DNA of 64,000 bases, taken from assembly GCA_052327205.1 (NCBI GenBank), contig CM126202.1:400086001-400150000 (forward strand). Reading direction: 5' to 3'. The position numbers were made by a program, and so were the translations under genes. This DNA comes from Somniosus microcephalus. Lineage: Eukaryota. Positions 45,960 to 58,821 of the stretch are shown one piece after another (position 1 is the stretch's first letter; each line of letters opens with the position of its first letter). The notes beneath the pieces were generated by a model, which worked only from the letters and a program-made list of their open reading frames with translations, did no database searches and was not told the origin of the DNA.

Positions 45960-47192
45960 AATAGATGGGGGAGAGCCAGTAGATGTGGTGTACCTGGACT
46001 TCCAAAAGGCCTTCGATAAGGTCCCACATAAAAGATTAGCATGGAAAATTGAGGCTCATGGGATAAAGGGGAAAGTTTTGGCGTGGATAGGGAACTGGCT
46101 GTCAGATAGAAAACAGAGAGTTGGAATAAACGGCTCATTTTCTGAATGGCAGGCAGTAACAAGTGGGGTACCACAGGGATCTGTCCTGGGCCCCCAGCTG
46201 TTCACAATTTACATTAATGACCTGGATCAGGGAGTCGGATGCAGCATTTCCAAATTTGCAGACGACACTAAACTAGGAGGGGGGGTGGGCTCAGAGGAAG
46301 AGACCAGGAAGCTCCAGAGCGATTTGGACAGACTGGGCGATTGGGCGGATAAATGGCAGATGCACTATAATGTGGACAAGTGCGAAGTTATCCACCTTCG
46401 GTGCAGGAACGGGAGGGCAAATTATTATTTAAATGGCAATAGATTGGGAGAGGGGGAAGTACAGAGAGACCTGGGTGTTCTTGTACACCAGTCACTGAAG
46501 GCGAGCATGCAGGTGCAACAGGCGGTCAAGAAGGCAAACGGTATGCTGGCCTTCATAGCAAAAGGGTTAGAATACAGGAACAGGGATACCTTGCTGCAGC
46601 TGTACAGGGCACTGGTGAGACCACACCTCGAGTACTGTGTACAGTTTTGGTCGCCTCATCTGAGGAAGGATGTTCTTGCCATGGAGGGGGTGCAGCGGCG
46701 ATTCACCAGGCTGATACCAGGAATGGCGGGAATGACCTATGAGGAGAGACTATGTAGTTTAGGGATGTACACACTGGAGTTTAGAAGATTGAGAGGGGAC
46801 CTCATAGAAGTGTATAAAATTCTGACAGGTCTAGACAGACTGGATGCAGAAGGAATGTTTCCCTTGGCGGGTGAGAACAGAACTAGAGGACATAATTTAA
46901 GGATAAGGGCTAAACCATTTAGGACAGAGATGAGGGGGAATTTCTTCACTCAGAGAGTGGTGAACCTGTGGAACTCATTGCCACAGAGGGCAGTGTACGC
47001 CAGCTCATTAAATATATTTAAGAGGGAATTAGATATATTTCTACGGGCAAAAGGGGTTAAGGGTTACGGAGAGAAGGCGGGGACGGGATACTGAATTAAA
47101 GGATCAGCCATGATCTCATCGAATGGCGGAGCAGGCACGAAGGGCCGAATGGCCTACTCCTGCTCCTATCTTCTATGTATCTATGTATCTAT
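45960..47192 (+). mobile_element. Young 5'-truncated CR1 (369-aa uninterrupted RT C-terminus)
   Basis: ORF 45985..47094; (TCTATGTA)n tail. Confidence 0.95.
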
Positions 47193-47262
47193 ATGCCCAT
47201 GCCTAAACCATTGATGTGCTTTTATTTCCATCGTTTTCTTCACTAATGATAAATCTAACAGT

Positions 47263-48656
47263 TAAGAACATAAGAAATAAGGAGCAGGAGTAGGCCATTC
47301 GGCCCTTCGAGCCTGTTCCGCCATTCGATGAGATCATGGCTGATCTTCTGCCGCAACTCCATTAACCGGCCCTATCGCCATATCCCTTGATGCCCTTAAT
47401 AGTCAAAAATCTATCGACTTCTGTTTTGAATATACCCAATGACTGAGCCTCCACAGCCTTCTGGGGTAGAGGATTCCAAAGATTCACCATCCTCTGTGTG
47501 AAGAAATTTCTTCTCATCTCAGTCCTGAATGGCCTACCCTTTATCTTGAGGCTGTGGCCCCTGGTTCTAGACTCCCCAGCTAAGGGAAACATTCTCCCAG
47601 CATCCACCCTATAAAGCCCTGTAATAATTTTGTATGCTTCAATGAGATCCCGCCTCATTCTTCTGAATTCAAGAGAATACAGGCCTAGTTTACTCAATCT
47701 CTTCTCATACGGCAATCCTGCCATCCCAAGAATAAATCTCGTGAACCTTCGTTGCACTCCCTCTATGGCAAGTATATCCTTCCTTAGGTAAGGAGACCAA
47801 AATTGTACACAGTACCCCAGGTGTGGTCTCACCAAGGCCCTATATAATTGGAGTAAGACTTCTTTACTCCTGTACTCAAATCCTCTTGTAATGAAGGCCA
47901 GCATACCATTTGCCTTCCTAATGGCTTGCTGCACCTGCACATTCACTTTCAGTGACTCATGTACAAGGACACCCAGGTCCCTTTGAGCATCTGCATTCCC
48001 CAATCTTTCACCATTTAGGAAATACTCTGCCTTTCTGTTTTTTCTACCAAAGTGGATAACTTCACATTTATCCACATTATATTCCATCTGCCATGTTCTT
48101 GCCCACTCACTGAGCCTGTCGAGATCCCCTTGAAGCTTCTTCACATCCTCTTCGCAACTGACACTGCCACCTAGCTTTGTATCATCAGCAAATTTGGAAA
48201 TGTTACATTTAGTCCCCTCATCCAAATCATTGATATAGATTGTGAATAGCTGGGGCCCAAGCACCGATCCTTGCGGTACCCCACTAGTCACAGCCTGCCA
48301 TCCTGACAAAGACCCGTTTATCCCTACTCTTTGTTTTCTGTCTGTTAACCAATTCTCAATCCATGCTAGTATATTACCCCCAATTCCATGTGCCCTAATT
48401 TTGTTCACCAACTTCTTGTGTGGGACTTCATCGAAGGCCTTCTGAAAATCTAGATACACCACATCTACCGGTTCCCCTTTGTCTACTCCACTAGTTACAT
48501 CCTCAAAGAACTCCAATAGGTTTGTCAAACAGGATTTCCCTTTCATAAATCCATGTTGACTCTGCCCAATCTTACTATTAGTTTCTAAGTGCTCAGTGCA
48601 TCCTTTTATAATAGATTCCAGCATTTTCCCAACTACTGATGTGAGGCTAACAGATC
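47263..48656 (-). mobile_element. Young 5'-truncated CR1 (about 430-aa uninterrupted RT)
   Basis: ORF 47362..48693 with all RT motifs; ttcttatgttctt tail. Confidence 0.95.
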
Positions 48657-48939
48657 TGTCGTTCATTGTTTTAATTAAAAAATAAATAATCATTTGACCT
48701 CCGCTGCTACCGATTCACTTGAGAACAACCACTAACCGCTTCAGTGCCTTTATTACAAACTAAAATCTGGCCTTTTTGAAAAGTAAACTTTTTTAAAACT
48801 CTGGTAGCAGTCTTCCTGGCAATGATTGTACTTCCCTCTTAAATTGTGCCATTTATAACCCAAAACACATTCTGCTGCCAATTAGGTAAATTACCCTAGC
48901 ATTCATATGAATACTAAATTTCATTTTGTATTTCTTTCT

Positions 48940-49225
48940 GGTCATGAATGGAAAGCCCATGTGCTTGATTTGTAAGCAATAGGTAGCTATGGCGAAAGCA
49001 TATAACATTTGAAGACACTATGAAGCAAACCATGGGGAGAAATATGAGAAATGTTCAAGAAAGTTACATGAAGATAAATGTTCTAAATTAGCACCATCAT
49101 TTAAACGATAGCCGTGTGATGCTTCTGTAAAGATGTGCTTTGTGATTGCCCATGAAATAGCTGCATCATCAAAACCATTTTCTGAGCGTTTGAAGAGCTC
49201 ATTGTAAAACCTGCAGAAATAGTGA
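48940..49225 (+). mobile_element. hAT-Charlie (GTF2IRD2-like) transposase fossil
   Basis: Hand translation NGKPMCLICKQ..AKAYNI*RHYEANH and ASVKMCFVIAHEIAASSKPFSE. Confidence 0.65.
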
Positions 49226-49794
49226 CGGTTGAAATCTATGTGAGTGCCAGAAGCCGGTGCCCGAGGCTCATTCAAACTTGGGCCTCTGGTCTCATTTTAT
49301 TAATAATGGTGAGCTGCTGGGCAGCTTGCCCAACATTTGGGTTCAAATTTAGGCCTGCTATATTGCCAGTAAATACTTTGGTGGGGTGGAGGAAAACTAA
49401 CGAGGGCTGAGTACGAACCAGCAACGGCCCCAGGAACTAGTACTGTGGAGCTGGGAGGAGCAGTCCTGCCCCTATTGGCTCCACAGAAGGGGAAGTAAAG
49501 AAAAAACTTTCCCTACCATTTCTTCAGTGGCCTCTGTATTGGTATACGTTGCGCCTGTTTAACGCCCAAGAATGGCCACGACGCATACTAATTTCTATCC
49601 CAGTGTGTCCAAATAACTTCCTAAATGTACCCCACGTCAAGTGTCGGCCTCAGGATGTCGACTTGGGCCCACCATATAAAATTAGTATGACACCCGTTCT
49701 AGTGGAATTATGATGTAAATACTACATTTATTCTTTCTCCATTCAACATGTATCAGTTCATTTTTGTGTTTCTCCTGTCTCTGTTGTCTGCTAG

Positions 49795-49884
49795 GTTTTT
49801 TGCTATGCATTGAGTTCTGACGATGGCACGAATTTCCGTGTGAAGGTGGTTGCTGAAGCTAATCATTTTGTGGACCTATCCCAG
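49795..49884 (+). CDS. OGT: OGT exon 14 ([30 protein letters not shown])
   Basis: tgctag|GTT, CAG|gtaaga; hand translation. Confidence 0.97.
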
Positions 49885-50029
49885 GTAAGAGCCAGTGGAA
49901 TGTGCAATTTAAGCACTTAAAACTCTGATTATACATTCCAAGACATTGTTCAGGGAATTATACATTCCATTTTAGTAAATAGCTGCTTCTTGCCTTGCAT
50001 AGATCTAGGCCTGTGTGGTTTTAGTTTCA

Positions 50030-50388
50030 TCCCTATTTCCATACAACATCAGATTCCACATGTACCCTGACGACACTCTGATCTATCGCACCACCTCTCT
50101 GGACCCCTCCACTGTCTCTCATTTGTCATACTGCTTGTCCAACATCCAATATTGGATGAGCAGATATTTCTTCGAACTAAATATTGAGAAGACTGAAGCC
50201 ATTATCTTTGGTCCCTGCCACAAACTCCATTCATTGACCACCGTTTCCATCCCTGGAAACCGTCTGAAGCTGAGCCAGACAGTTTGCAACCTTGGTGGTG
50301 TTTTTGTCCCCGAGATGAGCTTCCAACCACACATCCGCTCGATCACCAAGACTGCCTACTTCCACCTCCGTAACATTGCCCGACTCTG
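50030..50388 (+). mobile_element. L2 RT fragment
   Basis: FHMYPDDTLIY..IQYWMSRYFFELNIEKTEAIIFG. Confidence 0.85.
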
Positions 50389-50389
50389 A

Positions 50390-50691
50390 CCCATCTATTC
50401 TCTAAGGTGAATGTAAAAGATCCCATTGCTCTATTTCGAAGAAGAGCAGGGGAGTTATCCCCAGTATCCTGGCCAATAAACAGCAATGTGATAATGACCA
50501 GATAATCTGTTTTTGTTCTGTTGATTGAGGGATAAATATTGGCCAGGACACTGGGGATAACTTCCTTGCTCTTACTCGAAATAGTGTCGTGGGTTCTTTT
50601 TATGTCCACCTGAGAGAGAGCAAACGGAGCCTTGGTTTTACGTCTCATCCGAAAGAGCACCTCTGACAGTGCAGCACTCCCTCAGTACTGC
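50390..50691. mobile_element. Two DeuSINE fragments joined in inverted orientation
   Basis: Forward 50390-50477 and reverse 50478-50691, both matching 194-622. Confidence 0.75.
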
Positions 50692-51266
50692 ATAAAAGTA
50701 GACCTGTTTCTGTGCTGTAAATACTATGTAATGTATGCCCACAAAACAGTGACACAGAACAGGTTGTTTTTTTTTAAATAATGTAAACGCTGTTCCCAGG
50801 AGGTACTACAAGAGCTGCAATACCAAATAAACACAAGAGATATGGTGCTAAGGACTCCATAAATTCAGTCCACTGCTCATCCCTACTCCCCAATGGGTTA
50901 TTGTAGAGTTTGAGGTTTGATTTGTCACTACTTATTTAGTGGCCATTTCATGACCAGTTCAATAACCAGTCGAATCATTTGGGGATTATCAGGAAGGGAA
51001 CCATTAAAACCTAAATTACACCACCTGTGCTGAGAAATCGTGTAACTTGTATAAAACAAAAGATTTTTCTGTGTAAAGAGAAATGTAGAAATAATTGTTG
51101 CTACAGACTTCTCATACTCGTTAGATTTGGCGTAGGCTCACCTATGGCCATCTGGTGGATGTCGAGATTGCAGTTCTAGTAATAATGGAAATATATAAAC
51201 TGGCGCACCTCTTGGAGATAGATATTTTGGAAGTGATGTCTGCCTCAGATTAAACTGCCTGAGATA

Positions 51267-51420
51267 AAATGTTCCCTCTAATTTTTATTTTAGGTGCGCG
51301 GTCCCTTTAAATTTGCTGCAAGGCCGCTCATTCACAGTATCTTTTCCAGCGGAACAGCTGGTGAGCGGTCTGCAGAACCTCCCAATCGCTGCGCCCCTGC
51401 GCAGCTTAGGGATAACGTTG
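51267..51420. mobile_element. Probable hAT MITE related to the 22160 element
   Basis: aatgttccctctaa...ttagggataacgttg ends; no clear TSD. Confidence 0.45.
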
Positions 51421-52470
51421 CTTCTGGTAGGCGATAGGAAATTTCCTTTTATTCTGCTTTCTATTGGTAATGGCATGAAGAGTGAATAAAATAAGTGATC
51501 TCTAGTTGGGGGAAAAAAGGAGAGGCACAAAATAATGAAAGGGAAGTGTGATTTGAGAAAAATGGGGGCTGAGGGAAAGAGACTGCTACGTAAAATAAAA
51601 TGAAGGGGTTGAAAATAGAATACACTAAACAGAGGGGCAGGATTGCACACTGGGAGAAAAGCAGAAAGTTGCAATTCTTTGCCCATGAGCAACACCACAG
51701 GAGATCCGAATTACATGCATTTCCACATTGTAATCCCATTCTTACATCTCTAGGGATATCGTTTGGGAAAGGAGGATTAGAGTTAAATGGTTGGATCGTT
51801 TGTTTAGTTTCAGGTCCTAGCTTTACACACACAGGCATAAAAGACCATGTGCTGCAGCACTGCCTATCTGCAGTCATGATATTTTCATGTATGTGCTCAA
51901 CATGTGGTCCTCAGAACCTATCAAGCTAGGCAGTATTCTTCTATGTGAAGGAAACATATCATTAAAAGAATGAGGATGCCATTATGTTGCACGTAGATGT
52001 ATCATGGGTATGTAGCTCAAGCAAGCTGCAATTATAATCGGGCTGGATCCAGAGGCCGTGAAAAGGTTGTGCGGCCAGAGATCACAAATTCCTTGCATTT
52101 AAGTCAAGTGCAGTTTACTTGAGTATGAACTCCCTTCCTGAAACACTGAGTGAGATTCCTTTCACTCTGAATCACTTTCTGGATGTCCTGCGAGACATAT
52201 TTGATGTACGGAGGTGGTTGATGGTTTTCCCTTAATAGTTCAGATCTGTTAACTGAATGACCCTTAATCCTCCGACCTCTTCTCTCCGAATCAGCCAAGA
52301 GATTCTGGAAATTGATTTCACTAAATTGCTAGACACTTTCTACTTGAATAGTATAGGATTGAGTCACAACCATTCACACCAATTGAATGTTAACTGTTTT
52401 ATTGCATCAGGGTCCACCATTTTTGTTTTTAAATATTCTATGTTGTCGCAGAAAACTGATGTATTGCTAA

Positions 52471-52701
<231 letters not shown>

Positions 52702-53837
52702 TAATTAAATCATTTGTGTGTTTATGATGTAAACAAAAAGTAATCAAATCATTACATCATGCTTTGATGTAATGATTTGGTTACCTTTTATTTATCTCCT
52801 CAAAAAAACAACCCTTGACCCCTCCGTCCTTACAAACTACCACCCCATCTCCAACCTCTCTTTCCTCTCAAGTCCTTGAATGTGTTGTCACCTTCCAAAT
52901 CCATCCCCATATTTCCCAGAACTCCATATTTGAATCCCTCCAATCAGGTTTCCGCCCCTGCCACATTAAAAACATAAGAAGTAAGAGCAGGAGTAGGCCA
53001 TACGGCCCCTCAAACCTGCTCCACCATTCAATAAGATCATGGCTGATCATCGACCTCAACTCCACTTTCCCGCCCGATCTCCATATCCCTTGATTCCCCT
53101 AGAGTCCAAAAATATCTATCTCGGCCTTGAATATACTCAAAGACTCCGCATTCACAGCCCTCTGGGGCAGAGAATTCCGAAGATTTACAGCCCTCTGCGT
53201 GAAGAAATTCCTCCTCATCTCAGTCTTAAACGGCCTACCCCTTATCCTGAGACTATGCCCCCTAGTTCTAGACACTCCAGCCAGGGGAAACAGCCTCTCA
53301 GCATCTACCCTGTCAATCCCCTTCAGAATCAGTATGTTTCAATGAGATCACTTCTCATTCTTCTAAACTCCAGAGTATAGGCCCATTCTACACAATCTCA
53401 TCATAGGACAGCCCTCTCATCCCAGGAATCAATCTAGTGAACCTTTGTTGCACTGCCTCCAAGGCAAGTATATCCTTCCTTAGATAAGGAGACCAGAACT
53501 GTGCACAGTACTCCAGGTGTGGTCTCACCAAGGCCCTGTACAATTGTAGTAAGACTTCCTTACTCCTATACTCCAACCCCCTTGCAATAAAGGCCAACAT
53601 GCCATTTGCCTTCCTTATTGCTTGCTGTACCTGCATGCTAACTTTCTGTGTTTCTTGCAGGAGGACACCAAAATCTCTCTCAACACCAACATTTGAAAGT
53701 TTCTCACCATTTAAAAAAATTCTGTTTTTCTGTTCTTCCTACCAAAGTGAATAACCTCACATTTCCCTACATTATACTTCATCTGCCACCTTACTGCCAA
53801 CTCACTTAGTCTATCTATATCCCTTTGCAGACTCTTT

Positions 53838-55383
53838 GGGCTGGATTTTACTTACCGAGACGAGTTGGGGGGGCGGGACGGCTGCCTTCTGGGTTCTAGT
53901 CCTGCCCCCGGCGACGCGCCAACGCTATTTTCCCCTGATTGGCCTTGTTAAGCCTGCCCTGTGGTCTTGCCAGCCAATTAAGGGAAAGCCGGTGTCACAT
54001 GACATTAGTTGATGATGCTTCATCTGCTGGTTTTCTTAAAGGGACATGAAACATTTCTTTTTGACAGTATAAAGGTGAGCCTTTTCACCCAGGCTTTCCA
54101 ATGACGCTCTCCTTAGGATAAAACGGATGGCAGCTGCAGGTGAGGGTACAAAAGCGATCTGTCACTTCTCCCAATGAGGTCGTCTTCTTATCGTGTCCAC
54201 AGACAGTCTATACATAGCCCAGACAGAACTGGACACATTTTTGCGCCGCCTTGTTGGATTCGGCAAGATCTGCAACAGTGCAGGGTTCCTCTAACGATGG
54301 GCATTGCAGGAGATGTTGCATAGTCTGTGCCTCAGTTCCACGTTCACAAGTTGTCGGGCTGGTTGAATATCCCCATTTGCTTAGTGACACCTTTGAGCAA
54401 CCTACACCGGTCCTAAGTCTGTTAAGGCACTTCCAGATTGCCCAGTTGCAATTAGCTCCTGGGGGAAGGCTTTCATCAGGTAAAATTTCCATCGCTGGGG
54501 GTTGTTCAAGACTGGCGAGCTGGTCTTTCCACAAGGCGATGCGGGCTTCAGATGAGGTTGATTGTAATGGAACAACACTGTTCATGAAGCTCTTCCTTGA
54601 CTTTAGGCGGCTGGGTGTAGGTGTATGACAATGCAGAGGGTGCCTCTCATCTGATGTTTGACGGAGTCGCTCTTTCTTGCTGGCTACCGTTCTTCTTATA
54701 TCAGGGGGAGCGATACCCGCCAGGATATATAGGTTGTTGGTTTTAAGCAACCTGTGATAAATCGGCAGCTTGCATTCAGAACGGCATCCATCTTCTTGGC
54801 ATGAGTAGACCTTTCCCATGCAGGGCAGGCGTATTCGGCAGTGGAATAGCAAAGAGCAAGTGCACTGGTTCGCAATGTTTTCGGGCTTGCTCCCCATCTT
54901 GTGTTAGCTTATTCAGGATGTTGTTTCGTGCACTCACTTTTCACCCAATGAGGTGAGGCCACACAAACACTTCAAAGCTAGTCACCTACAGAAAAATCTA
55001 AACACATTAAAAATGACACTCCCAACATTTCTTTACCTCTGATAGTCACCAGTGTCCCATTGCATCCTTCACACCACTCCTGCAGCGGTCATCTACACAC
55101 AAACATTACAACAGACCCACAGCATGCCTCACTTACCCTGGCGGCGGGAAGCCCGAAGCAGAAGTCACAAAATTGGAAAAAGCCTCTTATCTGCCTGTTA
55201 AGTGGCTATAATCCTCTTCCTGCCGCTAGGAGTCGGGTCCCAGCGCAAATCGAAGACCCGACTCACGGGAAGATTGGTTGGAGGCGGGTTGGGAGCGGGT
55301 TCGGGACCCGCTCGCATTCTTCTTGATTTTTCCCAGCAGTCCCCCTCCAACCCCACCGCCTCAGGGCTGGTAAAATCCAGCTC
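53838..55383. mobile_element. Harbinger-like non-autonomous element inserted into CR1
   Basis: TIR GGGCTGGATTTTAC/GTAAAATCCAGCTC; TSD TTT; removal restores CR1 gcagactctttgtg. Confidence 0.8.
54181..54943 (-). mobile_element. Vingi/Ingi-like LINE 3' fragment
   Basis: KVSARNNIL..LRTSALALCYSTAEYACPAW; LAGIAPPDIRR, LNRLRTG, QTMQHLLQCP; 11-bp TSD CCCAATGAGGT. Confidence 0.75.
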
Positions 55384-57271
55384 TTTGTGTTCTCCTCACA
55401 GCTTACTGTCCCATCCAGCTTTGTATCATCAGCAAACATACACTCAGTCCCTTCATCTAGGTCATTAATATAAATTGTAAATAGCTGAGGCCCCAACACT
55501 GATCCTTGCGGCACCCCACCAGTAACAGCCTGCCAACCTGAAAAAGATCCGTTTATCCCTACTCTCTGTTTTCTGTCCGTTAACCAATCCTCCATCCATT
55601 GCTACTATATTACCCCCAACCCCATGAGCCCTAATCTTGTGTAATCTTTCATATGGCACCTTATCTAATGCCTTTTGGAAATCCAAATATACTACATCCA
55701 CTGGTTCCCCTTTATCTACCCTGCTAGTTACATCCTCAAAAAAATAAATTTGTCAAACATGATTTCCCTTTCATAAAACCACGTTGACTCTGCCTAATCA
55801 TGTTAAGATTTTCTAAGTGACTTGATACCACTTCCTTAATACCGAAACAGCTCTTATCAAAGTCATAAATGGCATCCTATGTGACTGTGATAGTGGCAAG
55901 CTATCCCGTCTCAACCTTTCTGCAGCCTTTGACATGGGTGACCACACCATCCTCTGCACTGTCATCCAGCTGGGTGGGACTGCACATGCCTGGTTCCAAT
56001 CTTATCTATCCAGCCGTAGCCAGAGAATCACCGGCATTGGCTTTTCTTCCCACTCCCGCACTGTTGCCTCTGCTGTCCCCCAAGGATCTATCCTTGGCCC
56101 CCTTTTATTTCTCATCTGCATGCTGCCCCTTGGTGACATCCAAAAGCACAGTGTCAGTTTCCACATGTACACCGATAACACCCAGCTCTACCTCACCACC
56201 ACCTCTCTCGACCCCTCCACTGTCTCTAACTTGTTTGACTGCTTGTCTGACATCCAGTACTGGATGAGCAGAAATTTCTTCCAACTAAATATTGGGAAGA
56301 CCGAAGCCATTGTCTTCGGTCATTGCCACCAACTCATCCCTCTCCTTGGCAACTGTCCGAGGCTGAAATGGACTGTTTGCAGCCTTGGTGTCATATTTGA
56401 CCCCAAGATGAGATTCCGATCACATATCCGAGCCGTCACTAAGACCGCCTATTTCCACCTCTAACATCGCCCGTTCCGCCCCTGCCTCCGCTCATCTGCT
56501 GCTGAAACCCTCATCCATGTCTTTGTAACCACTAGGCTTGACTATTCCAGTGTTTTCCTGGAAAGCCTCCCATCTTTCACCCTCCATAAACTTGAGCTCA
56601 TCCAAAACCCTGCTGCCTGTATCCTAACTCGCACCAAGTCCCGTTCATCAATCACCCCTGTGTTCACTGACCTACATTGACTCCCGGTCCAGTAACACCG
56701 CAATTTTAAAATTCCCATTCTTTTCAGATCCCTCCATGGATTCGCCCCTCCTCATCTCTGTAACCTTCTCCGGTCCTACAAGCCTTCAAGATCTCTCTGC
56801 TCCTCCAATACTGACCTCTTGCGCATCCCCGATTTTAATCGCTCTACTGTTGGCAGCCAAGCTTTAGCTGCCTTGGCCCTAAGCTCTGGAATTCCTCCCC
56901 TAAACCTCTCTGCTTCACTATCCTTTTAAGATGTTCCTTAACATCTACCTCTTTGACTGTCCTGATATCTCCTTATGTGGCTCGGTGTCAAATTTTGTGA
57001 TAATGCTCCTGTTAAGTGCCTTGGAACGTTTTACTATGTTAATGGCGCTATATAAATGGAAGTTGTTGTTGATGATCCCTCTTAACGAAGTGCATTGGAA
57101 CCTTTTGCTACACTAAAAGTGCTGTATAAATGTAAATATCAATTCTCTTTGGATGGGAGTATTTATCTTGTGAAGGCACTGCCATGTCCTGCTTCCTTTT
57201 GCTACATAATTAGCGCAGCACGGATCTTGAGATGTCTTCTATAGATGAACCAGGAGCTAGATTTGTGATTA

Positions 57272-57490
57272 AAAACAGAAAATGCTAGAAATACCCAGCT
57301 GGTCAGGCAACATCTGTGGAAAGAGAAACAAAGTTAACATTTCAGGTCGATGATCTTTCATCAGTTCTGACAGGTCATCGGCCTAGAATGGTAACTTTGC
57401 TTCTCCTCTGATGCTGCCTGACCTGCTAAGTATTTCCAGCATTTTCTGTTTTAATTTGATTTCCAGCAAATGCACTATTTTGTTTTTGTG
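57272..57490. mobile_element. Inverted pair of Penelope terminal repeats
   Basis: aaaacagaaaatgctagaaatac...tcatcag / ttctga...gtatttccagcattttctgtttt. Confidence 0.8.
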
Positions 57491-57627
57491 CTAGATTTAT
57501 GTTGGTCACTCCATGTTGAATTCAGTGCTTGGCATTCTGATAAATACATTTTGGATATAGTGATCTTTGTCGTTTGGTGGAAAGGTTAATGGTGAAGTAG
57601 TATTGAAGTACGGCTTTGCTTCCGCAG

Positions 57628-57798
57628 GCAATGTGGCTCGGTTATCCTGGAACAAGTGGAGCCCCGTTCATGGATTACATCATCACTGACAAGGAAACAT
57701 CGCCACTTGATCTGGCAGAGCAGTACTCCGAGAAGCTGGCATACATGCCCAACACCTTTTTTATTGGAGATCATGCCAACATGTTTCCACACCTGAAG
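57628..57798 (+). CDS. OGT: OGT exon 16 ([57 protein letters not shown])
   Basis: ccgcag|GCA, AAG|gtaatg; WLGYPGT motif. Confidence 0.97.
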
Positions 57799-58486
57799 GT
57801 AATGTACTGAACTGGCTTTCCCGTGACTGTCCATGTCCTGGTTGAGTAGTTGGATATAAGATCCATTCCCACATTTTCCTCATGGCACCTGTAAACCTGA
57901 GCTGTGAAGTGAGTGAGAATGACCCACTGCCACAGCTGCTATGTCTGCTGTTGCCATACTAGAGACTATGAAATTTAATATTAGGAATTATGGGCACAAA
58001 CTTGAACCGTAGCACTTTGTGCTCCAAAGTACTCTGCAACCTGTTGTATATTTATTTTTAAAAGCATTATATTGAAATGTTTTGACCGTTCAGTAGCACA
58101 TCACAAACCAGCTGGCAAATACAATTTTAAACTTGAGGAATGGCCAGTGAAATATTGGATGTGTAACATCCTTTATGCAGTGACAACGGTGCATTCCTGA
58201 AATGCTGGATCTATGTTAGCAAGATTATTGGGAAGAAGGGCAGTCTTTTAGTACATTATTTTGGACTTGGTTCAGTAGAGTCAGACAAGTGGCTATAATT
58301 TTAGACCATCATGGCGATTACAATTAATCAGAACACCCCAGCTTCTGGTGTGGATTTTTCTGGACTCATAACCGTGGTCAGCACATTGATCTATTTTTCC
58401 TTGGTATAGTGTCCAGTATACATTTGCACTGTATGGTGCTGCCCTCACAGTCTCTCTTCCACAATATGCTGTGGCAAATATATGTA

Positions 58487-58821
58487 CAGGAAACTTTCGT
58501 TTAAACGGAGGTTAAATCTCCGGAATGCTCTATCCACCGGCAAAATTCAGGAGTCGGTTCAGATAACTTTTTTTTACTTTTCGTTGCTTTTTTTCTCCAT
58601 TCCTGGCTCTGCAAGCGTCTAGCTGAAGCTGTTGCTTAGCTACAGAGACGCTTGCAAGCTGCGCCGACTGTTTTGAAGCTGTTGCTAAGCAACGGGGTTT
58701 GTTGCTAGATACGGAGCTCAGAAGCTCCATATGTTTTAACATTAGCGCTGGTTTCTCCGGCAGTGTTGATCGACTGGCACCAGCTTGGTCCCGTCAGTGC
58801 CGGATACCAGAAAGTTTCCTG
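58487..58821. mobile_element. Tc1/mariner-type MITE
   Basis: TA|CAGGAAACTTT...AAAGTTTCCTG|TA. Confidence 0.85.

Larger units (their letters stand above)
52968..55839 (-). mobile_element. CR1 inserted into L2
   Basis: RT ORF pieces 53388..53636, 55263..55595 and 55465..55701. Confidence 0.9.
52798..57072 (+). mobile_element. L2 LINE split by nested insertions
   Basis: LQSGFRPCH (to ~52964) continues as TETALIKV (from ~55840); VPQGSILGPLLF; tail gctatataaatggaagttgttgttg. Confidence 0.88.

Noticed and set aside
45985-48693. Long RT ORFs as host genes
   Set aside because: 5'-truncated CR1 ORF2 fragments with CR1 3' tails
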